Shown here piece after piece: positions 37,797 to 47,964 of a stretch of 48,674 nucleotides of DNA. Source of the DNA: an uncultured Gammaproteobacteria bacterium (lineage in GTDB: Bacteria > Patescibacteriota > Microgenomatia > Daviesbacterales > UBA10151); contig CAYWKL010000003.1 of assembly GCA_964459095.1 (NCBI GenBank), positions 1-48,674 of the forward strand, in the 5' to 3' direction. The notes beneath the pieces were generated by a model. It was not told the DNA's origin and ran no database searches. It saw only the letters and a list, made by a program, of their open reading frames with translations. The stretch's first letter is position 1. The number at the start of each line of letters is the position of its first letter. Both the position numbers and the translations under genes were made by a program.

Positions 37797-38813
37797 ATGC
37801 GTGTTGGAATAGATATTTCCCAAATTGCTCATAAAGGTGGAGTTTCTACATATACTCAAAATTTAGCCACTGAACTTGTTAAAGATAAGGGTGTTGATTT
37901 TTTGTTTCTGTTTGCTTCCCTTAGGAAAAAATATTCAGGTAATCTACCAAATGTTAAAAGTATTCCAATACCCCCAACAATTTTTGAAGCTGTTTGCAGC
38001 AAGTTTAGAATCTTTTCAGTTGATTTCGTGTTACCTGATTTAAGCCTGTTTCACAGTTCTGATTGGACTCAACCAAAAACAAAAGCAAAAAAGATAACTA
38101 CTTATCATGATCTTATACCTATTAAATTTCCAGAGCTGTCTCATCCTAAAATTGTGGCAGTACAAAAAAGAAGATTAAAGATAGTTGAAGAAGAAATTGA
38201 TGCGATAATAGCTGTCTCGGAGAACACAAAAAAGGATTTAATGGAGCTCTCAAACATTCCTGAAAGTAAAATTACAGTTATATATGAAGGAGCGTCAGAT
38301 TTATTTAAGCCAAGAAGTGAAGAGGAGATAAATTTGTTTAAACAAAAACACTCACTACCGGATAAATTTGTGCTTGCTATAGGAGGAATTGGAAAAAGGA
38401 AAAATCTGGAAAGAATAAAGGAAGCTTGCAGGGAGAAGAATTTAGTTATAGCAGGTTTAGATATCCCTATTGTAAATGCTGAGGATATGAATCTTTTGTA
38501 TGCAAGCAGTGAAGTTTTACTTTATGCTCCTTTATATGAAGGCTTTGGGCTACCAATCCTTGAAGGATTTGCATCTGGAACTCCTGTTGTAACCTCGAAT
38601 ACTTCATCTATGCCTGAGATAGGAGGAGACGCAGCAACTTATGTTGATCCAAATAATGTAGACGAAATGCGAGAGAAAATTGATATGGTTTTAGGAGATA
38701 ATCAAATAAGGAAAGACATGATTAATAAAGGACTAAAAAGAGCAAAAAATTTTAGTTGGGAAAAATGTGCAAAAGAAACTTTAGAATTATATAAGAAAGT
38801 CTTAAATAAATGA
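37797..38813 (+). CDS. GT4 glycosyltransferase
   Basis: RVGIDIS, TYHDL, AVSENT, YEGFGLPILEGFASG. Confidence 0.92.
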   Translation: MRVGIDISQIAHKGGVSTYTQNLATELVKDKGVDFLFLFASLRKKYSGNLPNVKSIPIPPTIFEAVCSKFRIFSVDFVLPDLSLFHSSDWTQPKTKAKKITTYHDLIPIKFPELSHPKIVAVQKRRLKIVEEEIDAIIAVSENTKKDLMELSNIPESKITVIYEGASDLFKPRSEEEINLFKQKHSLPDKFVLAIGGIGKRKNLERIKEACREKNLVIAGLDIPIVNAEDMNLLYASSEVLLYAPLYEGFGLPILEGFASGTPVVTSNTSSMPEIGGDAATYVDPNNVDEMREKIDMVLGDNQIRKDMINKGLKRAKNFSWEKCAKETLELYKKVLNK

Positions 38814-39925
38814 ATATTTGGATTGATGGTTATGAAGCAAATGTTAACCAGCGACTTGGCAGTGGTCAGGTGGCAGCTGGATTATTAAAAGCCCTATACG
38901 AATATGATAAAAAAAATAGTTATACTGTTTGTCTACCTAATGAACCAATTAATGATTTACCTAAAGAAAGAGAAAATTGGAAATACAAAATTCTGAAGCC
39001 AAAAATACTTTGGTCAAAAATTGCGCTCCCTTTTACCCTATTTAAGGAAAGACAAAAGCCAGATTTATTTTTTTCACCAACTCACTATATTCCTCAGTTT
39101 TCTCCTGTTAAGCGTGTTGGAATGATATTTGATCTTTCTTTTCTTCATTATCCAGGAAGTTTTGCAAAAAAAGATCTTTTACAACTAAAGTATGGATCAA
39201 AGTTCTCTATATATAATTCGAATCATATAATAACAATTTCTGATTTTTCAAAAAAAGATATTTTAAGAAATTACACTATTGGCAAAGACAAAATTACAGT
39301 TGCTTACCCTGGTTTTGACAAAGTCTCATACAAAAAAATCTCTTTAGAGAAAATTAACGAAGTTTTAGATAAATTCAAAATAACAAACCCTTATGTAGTT
39401 TTTGTTGGTACCTTACAGCCCAGGAAGAACTTAATAAGGCTTATAGATGCCATATCCAGAATTGAAAATCTACAACTGGTAATAATAGGGAAATTTAAGG
39501 GTGAAGGGAGAGAAGGTTGGATGTATGAGGATATCTTAGAAAGACCAAAAAAATTAAAGCTTGAGGACAAAATTATTTTTACTGGGTTTATCCCAACAGA
39601 AGAAGTTGTCGCGTTTTTAAATGGTGCAGTATGTTTTATCCTTCCGTCACTGTGGGAAGGCTTTGGTATTCCTGTGGTAGAAGCTTTTGCCTGTGGAACT
39701 CCAGTAATTGTCTCTAATGTCTCATCTCTTCCAGAAGTAGTGGGAAAGGCAGGATTGTTAGTTAATCCAAAATCAGAAGATCAAATTGAGCAGGCAATAA
39801 GGGTTTATCTGACAGATAAAAAAATTAGAACCAAAATGATAAAACTTGGGTTTGAACAAGTAAAAAAGTATTCCTGGGAAAAAATGGCAAAAAAAGTTAT
39901 ACAAGTTTTCGAAAATATTAAATGA
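38810..39925 (+). CDS. GT4 glycosyltransferase
   Basis: [27 protein letters not shown]. Confidence 0.92.
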   Translation: MNIWIDGYEANVNQRLGSGQVAAGLLKALYEYDKKNSYTVCLPNEPINDLPKERENWKYKILKPKILWSKIALPFTLFKERQKPDLFFSPTHYIPQFSPVKRVGMIFDLSFLHYPGSFAKKDLLQLKYGSKFSIYNSNHIITISDFSKKDILRNYTIGKDKITVAYPGFDKVSYKKISLEKINEVLDKFKITNPYVVFVGTLQPRKNLIRLIDAISRIENLQLVIIGKFKGEGREGWMYEDILERPKKLKLEDKIIFTGFIPTEEVVAFLNGAVCFILPSLWEGFGIPVVEAFACGTPVIVSNVSSLPEVVGKAGLLVNPKSEDQIEQAIRVYLTDKKIRTKMIKLGFEQVKKYSWEKMAKKVIQVFENIK

Positions 39926-40815
39926 ATATTTCTATAATAATTCCAAATTGGAATGGTGCAAAAAAAATGAAGAGACATTTACCACTTGTTTTAGAGGCTG
40001 CGAAACATAAAAATGTAGTTGAGGTAATTATTGTTGATGACAACTCAACAGATGAAAGTCTTGAGATTTTAAAGAGATTTAGAGAAATTAGATTAATTGA
40101 AAAATTACAAAATAGCGGTTTTTCTTCAACTGTTGACTTGGGTGTTCAGAAATCAAAAGGACAATTAGTTTTTCTCTTAAATAATGATGCAGATATTTCT
40201 CAAGAAACAATCAATGAACTCTTAAAAAACTTTGAAAAGAATGAAGTTTTTAGTGTTGGTTGCAATGCTGGTGGATTTTGGTCTATTGGAAAATTTGAAG
40301 ATGGATTTTTTTGGCATGGAGAGGCAGATCCTAAAGATAAATTAATGAAAGAGTCTCATCAAACGCTATGGGTCTCAGGTGGAAGTGGACTATTTAGAAA
40401 AGAAATTTGGAATGAGCTATCTGGAATGGATGAGTTATTTGACCCTTTTTATGAAGAAGATGTAGATTTAGGTTATAGAGCAACCAAAAGAGGGTATATT
40501 AATCTTTGGGAACCTAAGGCAAAAGTAAATCATTATAAGGAAGAAGGTGTTATTTCAGAGAATTTTTCAATAGGAAGTATAGCTAAAATAGCACAGCGCA
40601 ATCAACTCATATTTATATGGAAAAATATCACAAGTAAGAATTTGTTTTCAGAGCACAAGAGGGCATTGATGAAGAAGTTAACACAAAATCCAAAATATTG
40701 GCCGATATTTTTTTCAGCTTTATCAAAAATAGGCGAAATTAGAAAAAAAAGAAAAATAGAAAAAAGCCAAGCTAAGTTAACTGATGAAGAAATTCTTGAG
40801 ATTTTTTCAAAATAG
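39922..40815 (+). CDS. GT2 glycosyltransferase (WbbL/rhamnosyltransferase-like)
   Basis: IIIPNWNG, VDDNSTD, LLNND, FYEEDVDLGYRA. Confidence 0.88.
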   Translation: MNISIIIPNWNGAKKMKRHLPLVLEAAKHKNVVEVIIVDDNSTDESLEILKRFREIRLIEKLQNSGFSSTVDLGVQKSKGQLVFLLNNDADISQETINELLKNFEKNEVFSVGCNAGGFWSIGKFEDGFFWHGEADPKDKLMKESHQTLWVSGGSGLFRKEIWNELSGMDELFDPFYEEDVDLGYRATKRGYINLWEPKAKVNHYKEEGVISENFSIGSIAKIAQRNQLIFIWKNITSKNLFSEHKRALMKKLTQNPKYWPIFFSALSKIGEIRKKRKIEKSQAKLTDEEILEIFSK

Positions 40816-40845
40816 CATAAATTTAGAATCCTTCCTGATTTCCTG

Positions 40846-40851
40846 TATAAT
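40846..40851 (+). promoter_or_regulatory. Putative internal -10 box (TATAAT), near-leaderless
   Basis: TATAAT 9 nt before ATG 40861 in a 45-bp gap; no SD. Confidence 0.5.
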
Positions 40852-40860
40852 TGTTAGTAT

Positions 40861-41499
40861 ATGAGTCTTTTTGAAAATGTTAAAATTTCTTCCTCAGGAA
40901 TAAGATTTAAGGATAAAATGGGGAGGAATTTAAGTTTTAGTGAGGCAATTAAAAAGCTTATACAAAGACTCGCAGCATATATAGACGATTTAGAAATATT
41001 CATATTAAAGTTGGTTGGTTCGCTGCCAATTTATAAAGTTAGATATTTATTTTACCTCCTGGCAGGTGTTCAAATAGGCAAATCAGTTCACATTCATATG
41101 GGAACTGAATTTTTTAATCCCAAAAATATTTCAATAGGCGAGGGAACAATTATAGGTAAAAATGCATTTTTGGATGGAAGAGATAAATTAATTATTGGTA
41201 GACACGTTGATATAGCATCTGATGTTTTAATTTATAACAGTGAACATGACATTAATTCTGAAGATTTCAAAGCGATTACAGGTGAAGTTTATATCAAAGA
41301 TTATTGTTTTATAGGTCCTAGAGTTATTATTTTACCAGGAGTAACAATAGAAAAAGGGGCAGTAGTTGCAGCTGGCGCAGTTGTTACGAAAAACGTCGGC
41401 GAATTTGAAATTGTAGGAGGGGTACCAGCAAGACCGATTGGGGAAAGAAGAAATAAAAATTTATATTATAAATTAGGAAGAGCAAGGCTTCTCCAATGA
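40861..41499 (+). CDS. Hexapeptide-repeat (LbH) acyltransferase (WcaF-like)
   Basis: IGEGTIIG, IKDYCFIGPRVIILPGVTIEKGAVVAAGAVVTK, GGVPARPI. Confidence 0.9.
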   Translation: MSLFENVKISSSGIRFKDKMGRNLSFSEAIKKLIQRLAAYIDDLEIFILKLVGSLPIYKVRYLFYLLAGVQIGKSVHIHMGTEFFNPKNISIGEGTIIGKNAFLDGRDKLIIGRHVDIASDVLIYNSEHDINSEDFKAITGEVYIKDYCFIGPRVIILPGVTIEKGAVVAAGAVVTKNVGEFEIVGGVPARPIGERRNKNLYYKLGRARLLQ

Positions 41500-42113
41500 T
41501 GAATTTTTTCCTAAAGATTTTGAAAAGCTTATCAGTAGGAAAGAGAGTAAATAAGATCTTTTTTACATTGTTTCTAGTAGGGCTTTTTTATTTATTACTC
41601 CCAGGAACTTCATCGATAAATGATTATCCTCCGTTACAAGATTCTACAAAATCCCAGCTAGAAGGGGACACAATTCAAAATCCAAATATTACTGCATATT
41701 TCTCAAACTTCAAAAGGGGTTACATCACTTATTTTTATAAGGACTTTTTTTCAAAAACACTGATTCCTTTTATTAGTTTACCTGTAGTCTCAATTAACCG
41801 TCCCCCTGAAGAAGCTTTTAAATACGTAAGAGATCAACAGGAAAGCACTTTTTTGGAGGAGTATGTTTTTCCAATGAGAGAATCTCTTTTCGTAAATGGA
41901 TATGATCCAAAGCTTGCAAATGATATGTATCATAAAGGAGCCAGGAGTTTTATAGGAGATCATTATTTCTACGGCGGAAAATATTTTAACACAAAAACCA
42001 CAATTAGGTATTATCCTTCAAATGTTTTTTTGCGAATTATTGTCTATACTTTATTTTGGATATTGACAATTTACCTTGTGAAACTGTGGAGATATGAATT
42101 GCTTAAGGGATGA
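41496..42113 (+). CDS. Hypothetical membrane protein (TM-extracytoplasmic domain-TM)
   Basis: Hydrophobic helices near both termini flank a ~140-aa soluble domain; 4-bp overlaps with both neighbours. Confidence 0.75.
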   Translation: MMNFFLKILKSLSVGKRVNKIFFTLFLVGLFYLLLPGTSSINDYPPLQDSTKSQLEGDTIQNPNITAYFSNFKRGYITYFYKDFFSKTLIPFISLPVVSINRPPEEAFKYVRDQQESTFLEEYVFPMRESLFVNGYDPKLANDMYHKGARSFIGDHYFYGGKYFNTKTTIRYYPSNVFLRIIVYTLFWILTIYLVKLWRYELLKG

Positions 42114-43006
42114 AACTTGCAATATTAGTTTTAAACTACAATACAAAATATTTACTGAATGATTGCTTAACGAGTTTATTTAAGATTTTAAATCCTGATG
42201 CTGATGCAAAAGTTATTTTAATAGACAATGCATCTAAGGATGGATCAGTTGAAATGGTTAAAAAGAAATTTCCGGAAGTAAAGATTATAGAGAATCAACA
42301 AAATCTAGGCTATTCCTCTGGAAATAATGTAGGACTTAAGAAAGTAAAAGCCGATTTTTATTTACTTCTTAACTCGGACACCCTTGTTTTAAAAGATTCT
42401 TTAATAAATTTAGTTAATTTTGCAAAAAACTCTGATTTTGGAATTATATCTTGTAAACTTATATTTAAAAATGGTGAATTTCAACCAAATGCTGGAGACT
42501 TTCCCTTCGGATTTGCACTTTTTAACTGGATTTCGGGGATGGATGGATTACTAGAAAGTTTAGGGATTAATGTTCCCTCATTTCATATAAACAACGTTGG
42601 TTATTATGAAAAATCAAAAAAAGTTGGTTGGGTTTCAGGAACAGCGATGCTAATAAAATCAGAAACCATAAGCAGAATTGGTTACTTAGATGAGGACATT
42701 TTTATGTATGGAGAAGATGTGGAATATTGCTATCGCGCTTTAAGAAATGGAATAAACACCGGGTGGACTAATTCCGCTACTATTGTCCATATACAGGGTG
42801 GGAGTTCAAAAGATGCCAATTTTAAACAATGGTTAGGAGAATTTAAAGGGATCTTATATATCTACAAAAAATATTTTGATATTTTAAGCTTAATGATGAT
42901 TAGTTTGTTAATTAAATTTTTTATTATCTTAAGAATTTTTTTCTATTTTCTAGCTGGAAAATTAAATATTTCCAAAACATATGCAAAAGTTTTTATTAAT
43001 ATTTAG
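42110..43006 (+). CDS. GT2 glycosyltransferase (WbbL-like)
   Basis: LNYNT, IDNASKDGS, LLNSD, FMYGEDVEYC, HIQGGS. Confidence 0.9.
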   Translation: MKLAILVLNYNTKYLLNDCLTSLFKILNPDADAKVILIDNASKDGSVEMVKKKFPEVKIIENQQNLGYSSGNNVGLKKVKADFYLLLNSDTLVLKDSLINLVNFAKNSDFGIISCKLIFKNGEFQPNAGDFPFGFALFNWISGMDGLLESLGINVPSFHINNVGYYEKSKKVGWVSGTAMLIKSETISRIGYLDEDIFMYGEDVEYCYRALRNGINTGWTNSATIVHIQGGSSKDANFKQWLGEFKGILYIYKKYFDILSLMMISLLIKFFIILRIFFYFLAGKLNISKTYAKVFINI

Positions 43007-44426
43007 GCAAAATTTTTATTTATTACTAGCGGGGCTTTTAGCTTTTATCCCCCTATATCCTAAAATACCTCTTTTTGGAATAAGTGGTACTTTTGTTGCT
43101 GTTAGACTTGAAGATATATTAATTTTTTTGGTTTTTTTACTCTGGTTTTTAATAAATTTAAACAAAATAAAAATTTTTTTAGGTGAGAGAATATTTCAAG
43201 TTTTCACCTTGTTCTTTCTGATTGGATTGTTATCTGTAATCTCCGGAGTTTTTGTAACTTTCTCAACTACACCTGAACTTGGGTTTATACACTGGATTAG
43301 AAGAATAGAGTATATGGGACTTTTTCTGATCAGCGCTTCAAGCATATCGTCTCAAAAACAGGTGAAGTTAATTTTTTTTACATTTCTTAGTGTAGCAATG
43401 ATAGTAGTTTTGTATGGCTTTGGGCAAATTTATTTAAATTTTCCTGTTATATCAACTACAAACAGCGAATTTTCAAAAGGATTAATTTTGTATCTAGCTA
43501 AAGGAGCAAGAGTAAATTCCACTTTTGCAGGTCATTATGATTTGGCAGTTTATTTATCAATAGTTTTAACTTTACTTGCAAGTTTCTTTCTCTACTTTAG
43601 ACATTTGTTAGGCAAACTTCTCATAACTATTCAGGGACTACTAAGTTTCATTCTTTTGGCATTTACAGCTGGAAGAATATCATTTGTTGCTTCAATTTTT
43701 GGAATAGCATTTGTTTTTTGGTTAAACAAGAATAAGATTTTAATATTAGGATTATTTCTTCTAGCAATTTTTTCAATATTTGCTATTCCTGAACTAAGAC
43801 ATAGATTGGTAGCAACAATCACTGTAAATATAATAGGGGGAGGTGGGCCAAAATATAGTCCACCTCCTGGGACAATTACACCCTTTACCCCAATAGAACA
43901 AATTCCGGAAAGCGAAAGAGAAAGAATTTTGAATGAAAGAGAGCAAGGTATTAGTAGTAATCCTACTGAGGGAACCACAATATCTGCTGATACCGTAGCA
44001 GGAGAGCCTGTTAACTCTACTGAACTTGGTGTTTATAGATCTTTTGGGATCAGATTAAATGTGGAGTGGCCAAGGGCAATAAACGCCTTTTATAAAAACC
44101 CCCTCCTTGGGTCGGGGTATGCATCGATTACACTAGCAACAGATAATGACATATTAAGATCACTGGGGGAGACCGGATTATTAGGAACAGTTGCGCTAGT
44201 ACTTGTTTTTTTTGCTGTTTTAAAGAAAATGAACAGGTTCATAGAAAGGGCAAATGGGTTTGACAAATATTTTGTAATCGGGATATTTAGCTCAACTGTT
44301 GTTGTTTTAATAACAGGAACTTTCATAGATGTTTTGGAAGCTTCAAAAATAGCAGAAGTATTCTGGCTTCTTTTGGGTGTTACTTGGGCTGTTTGCTCAG
44401 ATTATAAAACAACAAATGATACATAA
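42981..44426 (+). CDS. O-antigen ligase / O-oligosaccharyltransferase-like (Wzy_C/WaaL) protein
   Basis: RVNSTFAGH, FTAGRIS, large loop then GIRL..W..A...F..NPLLGSG, DNDILRSLGETGLLG. Confidence 0.8.
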   Translation: MQKFLLIFRQNFYLLLAGLLAFIPLYPKIPLFGISGTFVAVRLEDILIFLVFLLWFLINLNKIKIFLGERIFQVFTLFFLIGLLSVISGVFVTFSTTPELGFIHWIRRIEYMGLFLISASSISSQKQVKLIFFTFLSVAMIVVLYGFGQIYLNFPVISTTNSEFSKGLILYLAKGARVNSTFAGHYDLAVYLSIVLTLLASFFLYFRHLLGKLLITIQGLLSFILLAFTAGRISFVASIFGIAFVFWLNKNKILILGLFLLAIFSIFAIPELRHRLVATITVNIIGGGGPKYSPPPGTITPFTPIEQIPESERERILNEREQGISSNPTEGTTISADTVAGEPVNSTELGVYRSFGIRLNVEWPRAINAFYKNPLLGSGYASITLATDNDILRSLGETGLLGTVALVLVFFAVLKKMNRFIERANGFDKYFVIGIFSSTVVVLITGTFIDVLEASKIAEVFWLLLGVTWAVCSDYKTTNDT

Positions 44427-45915
44427 GATTTTTACACTTTTTAAAAATCCACTCCCCTTTTTAATTATTATTCTTGTTATATCTTTTGGGTTAAGACTTT
44501 ACAAAATAGATAACGCAGTTGCAGACTGGCATTCATGGAGACAGGCAGATACAGCCTCAGTTGCAAGAAATTTTTTCAAAGAAAAGTTCAATCCCTTTTT
44601 GCCAAAATATGATGATATGTCTGCCATTTCAGACACAGGAAGGCAGAATCTTGCAAGATACAGAATGGTTGAGTTCCCAATTTATCCAAGCCTAGTATAT
44701 TTTTCATATTTAATAAATGGAGGCGTTGATGAAAAACTGGCAAGATTAATAAATATTTTTTTCTCACTAGGATCTATAATTTTTGTTTATCTAATAGCCA
44801 AGAGATATTTTGGAGTTTTTATTGGTTTAGTATCTGCAGCTACCTATGGATTACTTCCTTTTAATGTATTTTTTTCAAGAGCCATTCTTCCAGAGGCGTC
44901 TTTAGTCCTGTTCTCTCTGGGGATGTTTTATTTCTTAGATAAGTGGATTTATGAAAATAAGGGATATATTCTATTGATTGGCTTGATGTTTATGTCTTTA
45001 GCATTCTTAACAAAACCAATGGCTCTTTTTTACATGCTTCCCCTTTCTTATTCATATCTTCAAAAAGAGAAAAAATTTTTTCCTATTCCAAAAAGATATT
45101 TTTTAATATTGATTGGATTTTTACCATTCATTTTCTGGAGACTTTGGATTAGTAATTATCCTGATGGAATACCCCAATCAAGTTGGCTTTTTAACGGAAA
45201 CGGTATTAGATTTAGACCTGCTTTTTGGCGATGGATTATTGGTGATAGATTTGGTAGGGAAATTTTTTCTGTAACAGGTACTTTTTTAGTTTTTTTAGGC
45301 CTTCTGATTAGACCAACACCAAAACAAACAGCCGTCCTTTATTATTTAGCTCTTTCTATGTTTTTATATTTAATTGTTTTTGCAACAGGAAATGTACAAC
45401 ACGATTATTATCAGTATATGATAGTACCGCCTTTATCGATTTTTTTGTCAAAAGGATTTGTAGACCTGCTACAGGGGAAACCTTACTTTATCCCCAGAAT
45501 TTGGACTATTCCTTTGGCCATTTTATTTTTAACATTAACTTTTTACTTTACATTCAATGAAGTTAAAGGACTTTATCAAATAAATAATAATTCAATTGTA
45601 ATTGCAGGTGAGGCAGCAAACAAGCTACTTCCTAAAGATGCATTTGTAGTTGCTCCTTACTTTGGAGACACTGCCTTCTTATATCAAATAAATAGACCAG
45701 GTTTTCCTATTGTACTAACTAATGTTGAGGATATGGTAAAAAGATTTGGTATAACTCACTATGTATCAGTTAATTTTGACGCTAAAACTAATTGGTTAAT
45801 GGAAAAATATAAAGTTGTTGATAAAAGCTCAGTATATGTAATAGTGGACTTACGCCGTGTTAACCCGGAATTTATTGAAAATAAGACTAAAGAGGAACTC
45901 AAGGAACCCCTATGA
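44416..45915 (+). CDS. ArnT/GT39-like GT-C glycosyltransferase
   Basis: DWHSWRQADTA..ARNF, EFPIYP, LTKP, HDYYQ, multi-TM. Likely start ATG 44416. Confidence 0.82.
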   Translation: MIHKIFTLFKNPLPFLIIILVISFGLRLYKIDNAVADWHSWRQADTASVARNFFKEKFNPFLPKYDDMSAISDTGRQNLARYRMVEFPIYPSLVYFSYLINGGVDEKLARLINIFFSLGSIIFVYLIAKRYFGVFIGLVSAATYGLLPFNVFFSRAILPEASLVLFSLGMFYFLDKWIYENKGYILLIGLMFMSLAFLTKPMALFYMLPLSYSYLQKEKKFFPIPKRYFLILIGFLPFIFWRLWISNYPDGIPQSSWLFNGNGIRFRPAFWRWIIGDRFGREIFSVTGTFLVFLGLLIRPTPKQTAVLYYLALSMFLYLIVFATGNVQHDYYQYMIVPPLSIFLSKGFVDLLQGKPYFIPRIWTIPLAILFLTLTFYFTFNEVKGLYQINNNSIVIAGEAANKLLPKDAFVVAPYFGDTAFLYQINRPGFPIVLTNVEDMVKRFGITHYVSVNFDAKTNWLMEKYKVVDKSSVYVIVDLRRVNPEFIENKTKEELKEPL

Positions 45916-47102
45916 AGGTTTTAATGTTAACGCCCTATTTACCTTTTCCAACCTCCTCTGGTGGACAAATCCGCTCTTATAACTTAATTAAAAATTTATC
46001 AAAGAAACACGAAATTACCCTTTTTTCACTAATTAAATATGCAGAAGAAGAAAAGTATGTGTCAGAGTTAAAAAAATATTGCAGAGAGGTCTTTGTTTTT
46101 AAGAGACCAGAGAAACCTTGGACTTTAAAAAATATACTAAATACTGCTTTTAGTTTAAAGCCTTTTTTGATCATTAGAAATTATTCAAGAGCAGAAAAAA
46201 GAGCATTAGAAGAAATACTAGATAAACAAAATTTTGATATTATACATGCTGAGACTTTTTATGTAAGTCCTCATATTCCTCAGACAACAATCCCGATTGT
46301 TTTAGTTGATCAAACAATTGAATACCAAGTTTATTTACATTTTGTAGAAAATTTTCGTTTCCTTCCTGTTCGACCAATACTTTATCTAGACGTATTAAAA
46401 ATAAAATATTGGGAGGAATATTACTGGAAAAAAGCAGCAAGAGTAGTTGCAGTTTCAGAGAAAGATGCAGATGTTGTGAGATCGCTTTCAAATCGTATTC
46501 AAATTACAGTTATTCCGAATGGAGTAGGAGAGGATTTACTTGATAAGACATCACTTCACTATTCTAAGTCTATTGTTTTTGTCGGCAATTATGCTTGGCT
46601 TCAAAATACAGAAGCAGTGAATATATTAATGACAAAAATTTTTCCACTAATTAAACAAAAATTGACTGGTGTAAAATTAATAATTGCCGGTCAGAATACA
46701 AACAAAATTATTAAGCCTAAAGTTAACGATGTAGAGTTTATTGATCTTGAAATGGATGATATAGAGGGCATAAAGAAAGTTTTTAGAACATCAGGAATCT
46801 TGGTAGCACCATTATATGGTCCTGGAGGAACAAGACTTAAAATTTTAGGGGCAATGGCCAGTAATCTCCCAGTAGTGACCACCCCTATTGGTATTGAAGG
46901 AATTCAGGCGATAAATTTCAATTCGGTTCTTTATGGAAATTCATTTAAAGAATTGGCGGACCTTTCTATTAAAATTCTTAAGAATAAAAAATTGTATGAG
47001 AAAATCGCAAAAAACGGAAGAAGACTAGTTGAGGAAAAATATACATATGAAAAGATTTCTAAAAAATTGGATGAAGTTTATAAAGAGATAGCAAATGGAT
47101 AA
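45912..47102 (+). CDS. GT4 glycosyltransferase
   Basis: PFPTSSGGQIRS, AVSEKD, IPNGVG, GGTRLKILGAMASNLPVVTT. Confidence 0.9.
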   Translation: MKVLMLTPYLPFPTSSGGQIRSYNLIKNLSKKHEITLFSLIKYAEEEKYVSELKKYCREVFVFKRPEKPWTLKNILNTAFSLKPFLIIRNYSRAEKRALEEILDKQNFDIIHAETFYVSPHIPQTTIPIVLVDQTIEYQVYLHFVENFRFLPVRPILYLDVLKIKYWEEYYWKKAARVVAVSEKDADVVRSLSNRIQITVIPNGVGEDLLDKTSLHYSKSIVFVGNYAWLQNTEAVNILMTKIFPLIKQKLTGVKLIIAGQNTNKIIKPKVNDVEFIDLEMDDIEGIKKVFRTSGILVAPLYGPGGTRLKILGAMASNLPVVTTPIGIEGIQAINFNSVLYGNSFKELADLSIKILKNKKLYEKIAKNGRRLVEEKYTYEKISKKLDEVYKEIANG

Positions 47103-47964
47103 ACTAACTATTATTATAGTAAATTTCAATTCCGGAAAGTTTCTAGAAAAATGCCTTCTATCTCTAAAACAAATAAAAGACAAGACAACTTTAAAAATTT
47201 ATGTCGTAGATAATGCATCAAAAGACAAAAGTATATCTCTTGCAAAAAAAATAGATATTCCCGCTGAATATATAATGAATAATGAAAATGTCGGTTTTGC
47301 TAGGGCAAATAATCAAGCCCTTAAAAATTTGGAAACAGAGTTTGTTTTAATTTTAAATCCAGATGTAGAGATTAGAGATGGAGTTTTATCAGGAATGATA
47401 AATTTCATGAAGGAAAATTCAGGTCTAGGGGCAGCAACCTGTGAGGTAAAGCTTCCAAACGGAAAGGTTGATTTAACTGCACACAGGGGTTTTCCAACGC
47501 CTTGGGCCTCCCTTCTTTATATGTTGGGAAATGACTCCTTATATCATCAGTCTCAAAAGGACATGAAAAGAGTCCATGAGGTTGACGCAATAACAGGAGC
47601 TTTTTTTCTGACACGAAAGTCCGTTCTTGAAAAATCCGGACTTTTTGATGAAAACTTTTTTTTGTTTGCAGAAGACATCGATCTTTGCTTAAGAATTAAA
47701 AAGTTAGGATACAAGATTATGTATGTACCAAAATATAAGGTATTGCATAGTAAGGGGGTATCAACTGGATTAAAGAAACATTCCCAACATTTAACTTCTG
47801 CGGATCTAAAAACTAGAAAAAAATCTCTAGATGATTTTTATAAAACCATGATTATTTTTTATAAAAAACATTATGAAAAAAAGTACCCTTTTTTTGTAAA
47901 TCGATTAGTCTATTTTGGAGTCAATTTTAAATGGTGGTTAGCTAAAAGGAGCTTAACAGTTTAA
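47095..47964 (+). CDS. GT2 glycosyltransferase (WbbL-like)
   Basis: IVNFNS, VDNASKD, GFARANN, LNPD, FLFAEDIDLC. Confidence 0.9.
   Translation: MDKLTIIIVNFNSGKFLEKCLLSLKQIKDKTTLKIYVVDNASKDKSISLAKKIDIPAEYIMNNENVGFARANNQALKNLETEFVLILNPDVEIRDGVLSGMINFMKENSGLGAATCEVKLPNGKVDLTAHRGFPTPWASLLYMLGNDSLYHQSQKDMKRVHEVDAITGAFFLTRKSVLEKSGLFDENFFLFAEDIDLCLRIKKLGYKIMYVPKYKVLHSKGVSTGLKKHSQHLTSADLKTRKKSLDDFYKTMIIFYKKHYEKKYPFFVNRLVYFGVNFKWWLAKRSLTV

Noticed and set aside
40832..40845. TTCCTG direct repeat just upstream of the TATAAT box
   Set aside because: Only two 6-mers and not seen at the other promoters; insufficient for an operator call.
1042..47614. Numerous 60-135 aa antisense or alternate-frame ORFs in the track (e.g. 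1042-1353, 3058-3369, 13624-14028, 21935-22261, 43631-43978)
   Set aside because: All lie within well-supported genes and show no recognisable motifs or start signals; shadow ORFs.
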